Below, piece by piece: positions 54,202 through 64,000 of a stretch of DNA of 64,000 nt. Origin of the DNA: Hemiscyllium ocellatum. Its lineage: Eukaryota. Below the pieces are notes generated by a model. The model was not told the DNA's origin. It ran no database searches and saw only the letters and a list, made by a program, of their open reading frames with translations. The DNA is taken from positions 45,179,877 through 45,243,876 of the forward strand of contig NC_083429.1 in assembly GCF_020745735.1 (NCBI RefSeq). The letters are read 5' to 3'. A program made the position numbers and the translations under genes. Numbering within the stretch: position 1 is the stretch's first letter; every line of letters starts with the position of its first letter.

Positions 54202-55307
54202 CTTTGTGCATTGCATTTGCAACTGCTCGTATTCACGATACAACCGCCCAGGGGAGCCGGGGTTGGTTCATCACTGACATTAATAAAAAAAGGGGAGAGT
54301 GAGTTTTCGGATCAGAGAACTCCGGTCAAAAAGGGAACAGTCGTCCCTGTCCTGGAGAGAACCACATCCGTGGGATGGGGGGGGGGGGGGGGGGGCAAAA
54401 ATAAAATAAAGGCCAGTCTTGAACCACATCGGGAATGGAGGGGCGTTTCATCCACATTTCTCTGGGATGTTTGCCCCAAACTTTGAGAATTTCTAAAGCT
54501 GGCAGTGAAATTTCACCCCCTGACGCGTTTCTCAAATAATCGTTAACACCACAGAAGTCTAAAAGGAGGGCTATAAAAGTGATTAATTTTGCGAGAACTG
54601 ACCTTTTTTTAAAAAAAAAGTTCCTTTCGAATAAGAAAGTCAAATTTAATCATTTTTCATTTCTTGCAAAAAAAAGCCTCGCGGGATTCGGCAGAAGCCA
54701 CGCCCAAACCTTCAGCCTTACATCAATAGTTCCAGCCACTACCTTAACGCTGCAGACTGTAACAAATAATACACAGCACGATTTACCGTTCACAACGGAC
54801 CCGCACCCCTAGGTAGCCTCAACCTGACATTTCCTTTTGTTTTTAAAATAAATTACTTGAGTTCTCCATTTAAATCTTCACTCCCAGCACTTACTCAACT
54901 TTAAAAAGCACAAACCAAACTGTATTGCCAAAAGAGAATTCAATCCTTTACAAATTCACAGGCGTTCAACTGGTTTAAAACTAGCCCAGTTTCTTTTCCC
55001 CTCCCTTTCTGAAAAAGTAGCTGCAAACTGCAGATGCTGACGTTGTAAAAGTTACACTTAAAAAAAACGCTGGGGGTGAAAGAAACTCAACAGGTCAGGC
55101 AGCGAGAGAAACAACGTTCCAGATTCTGGACTTTACAGACTAAAAAGTTAAGTCTGTCCCTCATGAATAGGTGCCCAACCTGTTCAGTTTATTTTTCGGT
55201 TTGATATTTGCTGAAACCATCCCTGCACAACCTGTTGTCAAATTAAATTCAAGCCTGAGCTTTCAGTTGCAAGACAAGAGCTTAGGTAAATGCTGTTAAA
55301 GACTTAC

Positions 55308-55375
55308 TTTTTCCCGCAGGAGGAGCAGAAGTTGCTAGGTTCACTGCTAACCAGAAAGTGTGGAGCTTCGGGCTA
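55308..55375 (-). other. TAGLN: Probable non-coding exon 1 of TAGLN (5' end approximate)
   Basis: Strong donor GTAAGT at 55307-55302 just downstream of the CArG/CRE cluster. Mammalian TAGLN has a short non-coding exon 1. Confidence 0.72.
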
Positions 55376-55397
55376 GAACTCAACTAAAAATGCTCCC

Positions 55398-55605
55398 CTT
55401 ATCACCATGACGTCAGCTCGTCAAGAAAAAGGAAAGCAACGCCTGAAATGGGCAATCAGTATTGGGAAGGCGTCCTTATTTGGGAAAAGGCACAAAGAAA
55501 CACAATAAGCGGAGAGGCAGGTTCATGAAAATTGACGCATTCCTCGCATTCCAAACTTCTGGTGATTTCAAAGCCAGAGCCTTAAAGCAGAGCGTCCATT
55601 TATGG
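55398..55605 (-). promoter_or_regulatory. TAGLN proximal promoter: CArG boxes at 55474-55483 (CCAAATAAGG on -) and 55596-55605 (CCATAAATGG on -), CRE TGACGTCA at 55408-55415, GATA site at ~55398-55404
   Basis: Two perfect CC(A/T)6GG sites 122 bp apart in repeat-free sequence upstream of the exon-1 donor. The SM22-alpha promoter is known to depend on a near/far CArG pair bound by SRF. Confidence 0.8.
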
Positions 55606-56516
55606 ACAGCAGACGTATAGATCCTTTTGAAACAGAATTTGTAAAATAAAAAGCCCACAGAGGCTGGCTGGCTACTTTTTGAAGAATAAGCGGATGATAG
55701 ACTGATGTAAAAAGTGCACTGTTGAAAGAAGATGTTAAAGCTGTGTTCCAAAAGACAGGCTTATTCATGAGGCCAGTAACAATGTGGCTCGGTCTCGACA
55801 AGCCTCTGTAATAATTAGCCACATCAAATATCTGAACATCTTATTCAATTTGTTAAAAGCTTGATGACAAAGTATTACCCTTTAGACATTTCGCTAAAGT
55901 TATATTCAGAATCCGAGCGTTCCTTACTTTAAATGTCTTTGTTTTCAATGGTTTGGATGTGTTGCAATGATTTATTTCTTGTTATCCTTGCTACACTCCT
56001 CGGTTAGCTGCTCATCTTCACTACATGGGAAAAGGTGGCTGGATTCTGCTGCAGTAGTTCTATTGGGGATACTGACACCTGCTGGTCGGGCCGCCACATA
56101 ACAATGCCACTGGGATGATATTGACAACCATTCACCCATCAGTAACAACCTGTAGTGCATTGTTCACTCAGGAGGGGTTCATGTGGTGCAACGGTAGTAT
56201 TTCTACCAGGAGACCTGGCTGCAAATCCCACATGTTCCAGGGATATGTAATAACATCTCTGAGCAGGTTAATTAGGAAAATATCCCCAGATTCTGTGCTG
56301 TACATCTCTATAATTCTATAACTCACTCAGGGAGTCCGAGCCACTGTGCTAACGTGTACAATGTCATCTGGAACTGTGCATAGTGATAGTAGAGACTCCA
56401 ACTTACTTCCAGCCACTTGGCAAAAAGCTGCAACATGAAGGTATTTATGCATTGGAAACAGACTGCGAGTGCAGAGCAGTTAATCGGGATGATAATGTTG
56501 GCGCTTATTTCAAGGG

Positions 56517-56688
56517 TGGAAATGTGTTGCTGGAAAGGTGCAGCAGGTCAGGCAGCATCCAAGGAGCAGGAGAAGCCCATGTCCGGAATGTCAATTCTCC
56601 TGCTCCTTGGATGCTGCCTGACCTGCTGCACCTTTCCAGCAACACATTTTCAGCTCTGACCTCCAGCATCTGCAGTCCTCACTTTCTC
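56517..56688. mobile_element. Fold-back mini Penelope-like insertion (family A)
   Basis: Perfect ~55-bp inverted arms. TSD CTTATTTCAAGGG at 56504-56516 and 56689-56701. Confidence 0.82.
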
Positions 56689-56907
56689 CTTATTTCAAGG
56701 GGTTTGACCTATAACAGTAGGGAAGTCTTCTTGCAAATTTGCAAGTTGAGACCATATCTGGGGTATTGTGAGCAGTTTTTAAAGAATTATTAAAGAAAAT
56801 GTACTATTTCATTGGAGGCAGTTCAGTCAGTATAGGTAGAACAGGTTGGAAATCTACTCATTGGAGTTTAAAAGACTGAGAGATAATCTCATTGAAATAT
56901 AGAGCCA

Positions 56908-57697
56908 CAGAGTCATAGAGATGTACAGCATGGAAACAGACCCTTCAGTTCAACCGATCCATGCCAACCAGATATCCCAACCCAATCTAGTCCCACCTGC
57001 CAGCACCTGGCCCATATCCCTCCAACCCTTCCTATTCATATACCCATCCAGGTGCCTTTTAAATGTTGCAATTGTTCTAGCCTCCACCACTTCCTCTGGC
57101 AGCTCACAACATCTTTCCGATTGGAAGGAGACCAGAATTGCACGCAATATTCCAACAGTGGCCTAACCAATGTCCTGTACAGCCGCAATAATGACCACCC
57201 TCTGTGTGAAAAAGTTGCCTCGTAGGTCTCTTTTATATCTATCCCCTTTCACCCTAAGCATGTACCCTCTAGTTCTGGACTCCCCCCACCCCAGGGAAAA
57301 GACTTTGTCTGTTTATCCTATCCATGCCCCTCATAACTTTGTAAACCTCTATCAGGTCACCCATCAGCCTCCGACGCTCCAGGGAAAACAGCCCCAGCCT
57401 ATTCAACCTTTTCCGATTGCTTAAATTCTCCAACCCTGGCAACATCCTTGTAAATCTTTTCTGAACCCTTTCAAGTTTCACAACATCTTTCCGATTGGAA
57501 GAAGACCAGAATTGCACGCAATATTCCAACAGTGGCCTAACCAATGTCCTATACAGCTGCAACATGACCTCCCAACTCCTGTACTCAATACTCTGACCGA
57601 TAAAGGCAAGCCTTCTTCACTATCCTGTCTACCTGCGACTCCACTTTCAAGGAGCTATGAACCTGCACTCCAAGGTCTCTTTGTTCACCAACACTCA
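56908..57697 (-). mobile_element. CR1/HER1-like LINE 3' fragment with an internal duplicated segment
   Basis: MLQLYRTLVRPLLEYCVQFWS...RLNRLGLFSLERRRL; tail at 56908-56920. Confidence 0.9.
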
Positions 57698-58053
57698 TAG
57701 GATTCTTAAGGAGCTTGTGAGAGTTCTTGCTGAGATCCCTTCATAGGAGAATGTAGGGCAAAGGGCATAGTCTCAGAATAAAAAGGCATCAATTTAAGGC
57801 TGAGATGAAGAGGAATTTATTCTCAGAAGGTTTGCACTCTTTGCAAATCCTTGTTATAGAGAGCTGGAGGGGCAGAGTCCTTGTGTATATCTGAGACGGA
57901 GATAGATAGATTCTCGAACAGTTGGGGAATCGAGGGTTTGAGGAAAGGACAGGAAAGTGGATGTGAGGAATATGGCATCAGCCATGATCCTGTTGAATGG
58001 TGGAGCAGGCTTGATGGGCCGAACAGCCCACTCCTGTTCCTATTTCTTAATGT

Positions 58054-58300
58054 GGAGGAGCCGGTGTTGGACTAGGGTGGGCAAAGTTAAAGATCACACA
58101 ACACCAGGTTATAGTCCAACAGGTTTATTTGGAAGTACTAGCTTTTGAAGTGATGCTCCTTTGTCAAGTAACAATGGAGCAGGACCTTAAGGTTTACGAT
58201 CCTGCTTTACAGCTACCTGATGAAGGAGCAGCGTTCCGAAAGCTAGTACTTCCAAATAAACCTGTTGGACTATAACCTGGTGATGTGTGAATTTTAACTT
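58054..58300. mobile_element. Fold-back mini Penelope-like insertion (family B pLTR, two inverted copies) in a CR1 tail
   Basis: 58084-58185 is the reverse complement of 58198-58300. Imperfect TSD TATTTCTTAATGT / TATTTCTAAAGGT. Confidence 0.75.
58214..58248 (+). ncRNA. Minimal hammerhead motif (family B), core intact
   Basis: TAC-CTGATGA-A-GGAGC AGC GTTCC-GAAAGCTA-GTA; stem I TAC/GTA, palindromic AGCT in place of stem III. Confidence 0.7.
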
Positions 58301-59086
58301 ATTTCTAAAGGTCTTATGGCTGGGAAGGAATCTCCCCTGCCCATACAGTCTGAGCATTGGAAGGATTTACAAATGAATACTGACAACTTTTTTGGCTGCA
58401 TTACAAACATACCTCCCTTTGACTTCAGCACTAAGAGTAGGAATTGAATCTGAGGCTTCTGAATCAGAGGTAGGGACACTACTCACAGCGCCACAAGGCA
58501 TCCAAAGCAAATTGTACCGTAGCCAGATGTTGCAGATGCTGGCAATTTTGAACTAATAAACAGAAAATGTTTGAAGTTTTCAACATGTTTAGAACCATCT
58601 CGGGAGGATAAAAAAAAGGTCAATTACCTTCCACCAATGCAATTTTCTGCTACTCTCTCCACACACCACCTGAGCATTTACAGCATCTTCTATTTTTATT
58701 TAACAGCAACTTATATTTTTGTAGCACTTTTTAACATAATAAAATGTCCCAAGGCACTTCACAGGTGTGTTATAAAACAAAATGTCACAGGGAGCTCAGA
58801 AATTCACCAAGGCTCTTTCACAGCACCTTTCAAACTCTCAACCACTTCCAATGACAAGGAGGGAGGTGGGGAGGCAGCGGATTCATGAGAACCACCTGTA
58901 CGTTGCCCTCCAAGCCACTCACCATCCTGACTTGGAAATATATCACCATTCTTTCAGTGTTGCTGGGTCAAAATCCTGGAGCTTCCTCCATCATAGCGCT
59001 TTGGGTGCATCCACGTCAATGGCTTGCAGTGATACAAAAATGGCAGGTCACCTTCTCCATGGCAACAAGAATATGGTGGTCCAGCC

Positions 59087-59274
59087 TGAAATAACTCCAC
59101 AGAGGCTGGTATCCCATCACCCTTTATTTACACATGGAGAGTCCTTGACATGGATCCAGATCTCTGTGACACTCCTATTCTTATCTCTCAGCCAGGACTC
59201 CCAGATTAACAACCCCAATCAGGGAACTCATATTCTATGAGGTCCACTGGATTGACCTTGTTACAATCACTACA
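59087..59274 (-). mobile_element. Probable solo LTR (188 bp)
   Basis: TG...CA ends, 5-bp TSD CAGCC (59082-59086 and 59275-59279), AATAAA on the - strand. Confidence 0.65.
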
Positions 59275-59702
59275 CAGCCAATGAAGCCTACATCTCCTGA
59301 GTGAATCATAATTTTGAAAAAAAGTTTATCCTTGAGCAGACAGACTAAAGTTTGGTCAAAGGGATAGATTTTAAGGAATATCTTAAGGGAAAGAAAAGAG
59401 GTGGCATTGTGGGGATGGGGGCAACATTTGAGAGTTGAGGATGCAGAAAGCTGAAGGCACAGCTACCAACAATGAAACAAGAAGTTTGACCAGATAAAGA
59501 GAATACAGTAGGTTGAAAGACCACTAGCACCATAACATATAAAATTTTAATGCAGCCAAACAGGTTGTGAGTATTCATTTGTAAATCCTTCCAAAGCTCA
59601 GACTGTAGGGGCAGGGGATCTTCCTTCCCAGCCATAAGATCTTTAGAAATAAGTTAAAATTCACACAACACCAGGTTATAGTCCAACAGGTTTATTTGGA
59701 AG

Positions 59703-59737
59703 TACTAGCTTTCGGAACGCTGCTCCTTCATCAGGTA
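59703..59737 (-). ncRNA. Minimal hammerhead motif (family B), inverted duplicate of 58214-58248
   Basis: Identical sequence on the reverse strand. Confidence 0.7.
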
Positions 59738-60449
59738 GCTGTAAAGCAGGATCATAAACCTTAAGGTCCTGCTCCACAGTTACCTGACAAAGGAGCATCA
59801 CCATAATATCTAAAATTAAAAGAAATCAATGAGAAAAGTAAATTGCACAGCTATGACAATAACATTCGTTAGCATCGCTACGAGACCTTTCTCTTCATCG
59901 TTTTTTTACCCATGATTTTCTTACTTGACCTTCTGAAGGCAGCTCGTGACTTATGAATGGGCAAGTTTTTAATTCACTCAAGCTTGATCATGAACGTCGC
60001 AGGAGAATTCCAACAATTGTTGGAATTGGGAGCTTTGTTTGATCTTTCTTTCCAACAGTTCTTCCTTGGATGTTGAGTTCCACTGATGATGGGTGAGGAC
60101 TGGCAGTGCTTACGAATATATGCTTAGTGGAGGGCTAGTGTATGAGCATTAGACAGCCCGAGCGGACCTTCAGCTTTGCCTCCCATTCCACACCCCCCAT
60201 AATTAGCTATAGAAAATGAGCACAGTAAAATAATGCTAACATTTGTTCCCATCAGTCACAGTCCCAAGCAACTTCTAGAAATGGTCAAACCCATAGGTTG
60301 GTGTTGTGCCCAGCCTGTTCTCCCTCTGGGGTCAGCCTCTGTCTATCTAACACCATGTTCCCTCAGTGTTACTCATTAGATTTACACAGTCAACACTCAC
60401 ATCACTTCTAAGTCATGCAGAAGTTTTCTGTTTAGTTGAGAATATGGAA

Positions 60450-63303
60450 GGTGGTTTGAAGTGTGTATACTTCAATGCAAGAAGTATACGAAATAAGGTA
60501 GGTGAACCTGCAGCGTGGGTTGGTACCTGGGATTTTGATGTTGTGGCTATTACGGAGATATGGGTAGAACAGGGACAGGAATGGCTGTTGCAGGTTCCAG
60601 GGTTTAAATGTTTTAGTAGGGTCAAAGGTGCGGGTAAAAGAGGGGGAGGTGTGGCATTGCTTGTCAAGGATAGTATTACAGCGGTGGAAAGGACGATGGA
60701 TGAAGATTCGCCATCTGAGGTAGTTTGGGCTGAGGTTAGAAATAGGAAAGGTGAGGTCATCCTGTTAGGATGTTTCTACAGGCCTCCTAACAGTCCTAGA
60801 GACATAGAAGAAAGGATTGCGAGGATGATTCAGGAGAAGAGTGAAAGTAATAGGGTGGTTGTTATGGGGGACTTCAACTTTCCAGATATTGACTGGGAAA
60901 GCTATAGTTCAAGTATATTAGATGGGTTGGTGTTTGTCCAATGTGTGCAGGAGGGTTTCCTGACACAATATGTAGACAGGCCAACAAGAGGTGAGGCTAT
61001 ACTGGATTTGATTCTGGGTGACGAACCAGGCCAGATGTTAGAATTGGAAGTAGGTGAGCACTTTGGGGACAGTGACCACAATTCGGTGACTTTTACTCTA
61101 GTGATAGAGAGGGATAAGTGTGCACTACAGGGCAAGAGTTATAGCTGGGGGCAGGGAAATTATGATGCGGTGAGGCATGACTTAGGATGCGTGGCTTGGA
61201 AAAGTAGGCTTCAGGGGAAGGGCACAATCGATATGTGGAGCTTGTTCAAGGAGCAGCTATTGAGTGTCCTTGATAAGTATGTACCTGTCAGGCAGGGAGG
61301 AAAGGGTCGTGTCAGGGGGCATAGCTTTAAATAAGGAATTGGAATCCCTTGTTAAAGGGAAGGGGGCGGCCTATGTAAAGGCAGCATGAAGGTTCAATTG
61401 GGGCGATTGAGAGTTATAAGGTAGCCAGGAAGGATCTAAAGAGAGAGCTAAGAGCAGCAAGGAGGGGACATGAAAAGTCCTTGGTTGGTAGGATCAGGGA
61501 AAACCCAAAGGCTTTCTATAGGTATGTCAGGAATAAAAGAATGACTAGGGTAGGAATAGGTCCAGTCAAGTATAGTAGTGGGAAGTTGTGCGTGGAGGCT
61601 GAAGAGATTGGAGAGACACTGAATGAATACTTTTCGTCAGTATTCACTCAGGAACAGGACATTTTGCCGATGTGAATATTGAGTCACAATTAATTAGAAT
61701 GGATGGCTTTGAGGTCTGTAGGGAAGAGATGTTGGAAATTCTGGAAAGGGTGAAAACAGATAAGTCTCCTGGGCCTGGTGGCATTTATCCTAGGATTCTC
61801 TGGGAAGCAAGGGAGGAGATTGCAGAGCCATTGGCCTTGATTTTTATGTCCTCGTTGTCTACAGGAATAGTGCCAGATGACTGGAGGATAGCAAATGTGG
61901 TTCCCTTGTTCAAGAAGGGGAGTAGGGGTAACCTTGTAACTCTAGGCCAGTGAGTTTCACTTCTGTTGTGGGCAAAGTCTTAGAGAGAATTGTAAGAGAT
62001 AGGATTTATGAACATCTGGATAGGAATAATGTGATCAAGGATAGTCAGCATGGTTTTGTGAAGGTTAGGTTGTGCCTCACCAACCTTATTGAATTCTTTG
62101 AGAAGGTGACGAAGGAGGTGGACGAGGGTAAAGCGGTAGATGTGGTGTATATGGATTTTAGAAAGGCGTTTGATAAGGTTCCCCATGGTAGGCTACTGCA
62201 AAAAATACTGAGGTATGGCATTAGGGTGCGTTAGAGGTTTGGATTAGGAATTGGCTGGCTGGAAGAAGACAGAGGGTAGTAGTTGATGTAAAGGTTCATC
62301 TTGGAGTGCAGTTACTAGCGGTGTTCCACAAGGATCTGTTTTGGGACCATTGCTGTTTGTCATTTTTATAAATGACCGAGGAGGGGCTAGCAGGTTGAGT
62401 GAGCAAGTTTGCAGATGATACGAAAGTTGGAGGAGTTGTTGACAGTGAGGAAGGATGTGGCAGGTTACCGCGGGATATAGATAAGCTGCAGAGCTGGGCA
62501 GAAAGGTGGCAAATGGAGTTCAATGTAGGTAAGTGTGAAGTGATTCACTTTGGTAAGAGTAACAAGAAGATGGAGTACTGGGCTAATGGTTGGATACTTG
62601 GTAGTGTGGATGAGCAAAGGGATCTTGGTGTCCATGTACACAGATCTCTGAACGTTGCCTTCCAGGTAAATAGTGCTGTGAAGAAGGCATGTGGCGTACT
62701 GGTTTTTATTGGTAAAGAAATTGAGTTCCGGAGTCCTGAGGTCATGTTGCAGTTGTATAAGACTCTGGTGCGGCTGCATCTGGAGTATTGTGTGCAGTTT
62801 TGGTCACCATACTATAGGAAGGATGTGGAGGCACTGGAACGGGTGCAGAGGAGGTTTACCAGAAAGTTGCCTGGTATGGTAGGAAGATCGTATGCAGAAA
62901 GGCTGAGGCACTTGGGGCTGTTTTCATTGGAGAAAAGAAGGTTTAGGGGTGACTTGATAGAGGTGTACAAGATGATTAGGGGTTTAGATAAGGTTGACAG
63001 TGAGAATCTTTTTCCACATATGGAGTCAGCCATTATGAGGGGGCATAGCTTTAAATTAAGGGGAGGTACGTATAGGACAGATGTTAGGGGTAGATTCTTT
63101 ACTCAGCGAGTCGTGAGTTCATGGAATGCCCTGCCAGTAATAGTGGTGGACTCTCCCTCTTTATGGGCATTTAAACGGGCATTGGATAGGCATATGGAGG
63201 ATAGTGGGCTAGTGTAGGTTAGGTGGACTTGGGTTGGCGCAACATCGAGGGCCAAAGGGCCTGTACTGCGCTGTATTTTTCTATGTACTATGTTCTATGT
63301 TCT
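60450..63303 (+). mobile_element. CR1-clade LINE (HER1-like), nearly complete but frameshifted ORF2 (APE endonuclease + RT) and 3' UTR
   Basis: [72 protein letters not shown]. (TTCTATG)n tail at ~63279-63303. Possible TSD AAT(A/G)TGGAA. Confidence 0.93.
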
Positions 63304-63454
63304 AATGTGGAACTCTAAAGTAACTGGCATCTTTTTATTAACAGACAGCAGCCATTCCTGGGGAAAGAGGCAGAAGGAAGCAGGAATGGAAAGGGACTGC
63401 AACTGGCAGACCAAGGTGCACTTGGAGGGGGTGGGGTGCAAGGGAAGGAAAGCT

Positions 63455-63856
63455 ATGATTGGATGGTCAGTAAGTAGGGGAAGGAAATGGGAAGCTGTGA
63501 TTGGAAGATTAGCTAACACTGGAGAAGGGAAGATTTTGATTGGTGGATCAATGAGCAGTGAGGAAAGGGAGGTTGTGATTGGCAAATCATTGAGCAACGG
63601 GGGAAAGGGGAGGTTGTGATTGGTGTATCAGCGAGCAGCGAAGGAAAGGGGAGGTTGTGATTGGTGGATCAGTGAGCAGCAAGGAAAGAGAGGCTGTGAT
63701 TGGTGGATCAGTGAGCAGCGAGGGAAAGGGGAGATTGTGATTGGTAGATCAGTGAGCAGTAAGGAAAGGGAGGCTGTGATTGGTGGATCAGTGAGCAGCG
63801 GGGGAAAGGGAAGGTTGTGATTGGTGGATCAGTGACCTGAGAGGGAAGGGTGATTG
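63455..63856. repeat. Minisatellite, ~10 units of 39-41 bp (GTGATTGGTGGATCAGTGAGCAGCGAGGGAAAGGGAGGCT)
   Basis: Directly visible tandem units that degenerate towards the left. Confidence 0.88.
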
Positions 63857-64000
63857 TGGTTTTTGTAATTATAGCTGTCTGACTTGCTGAAATTACTGAC
63901 TCTAATTGTATGGTTAACAGAGTTGATTGAAGACAATATGTTAGCTGCTTTAAGTGTCGTCAGATGTAATTTTGAGGTATAATCATAGTCAAGGGAATAG

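Larger units (their letters stand above)
58150..59801. repeat. Local inverted duplication: arms 58150-58403 and 59548-59801
   Basis: 254-bp arms are reverse complements of each other with scattered mismatches, including ~100 bp of non-element flank. Confidence 0.85.

Noticed and set aside
60366-63217. 322-aa and 272-aa ORFs as a host gene or an active LINE
   Set aside because: Pieces of one CR1 ORF2 broken by several frameshifts and stops; no ORF1 is present.
63455-63856. CRISPR-like regularly spaced repeats
   Set aside because: The whole unit repeats with no unique spacers, and the context is eukaryotic.
55800-64000. 3' exons of the expected neighbour SIDT2
   Set aside because: No coding exon that I could recognise in this interval.

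Overview
Repeat-rich vertebrate genomic DNA. The SINE/LINE repertoire (HE1-type V-SINEs, CR1/HER1-type LINEs, Deu-domain SINEs) points to a cartilaginous fish, probably a shark (inference). Two convergent genes are present in the same arrangement as in human 11q23. On the + strand are the last four coding exons of proprotein convertase PCSK7 (4024-16175). On the - strand is the complete transgelin/SM22-alpha gene TAGLN (200 aa CDS in 4 exons, 38029-43904, with a probable non-coding exon 1 at ~55308-55375 and a two-CArG promoter). Almost all ORFs in the supplied track are repeat-derived or spurious. The most striking unannotated signal is a set of Penelope-like (GIY-YIG) retroelements from at least three families whose termini carry minimal type-I hammerhead ribozyme cores (CUGANGA...GAAA...UH). 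They range from 2-3 kb insertions with an inverted 5' part down to ~95-170 bp mini-insertions flanked by their own target-site duplications (TSDs) and often folded back on themselves. Other oddities include a 254-bp local inverted duplication, a palindromic LTR-end element with a 5-bp TSD, template-switch scars inside CR1 copies and a CCAAT-containing minisatellite. Family names and comparisons with mammalian sequences come from recall, not from database searches.
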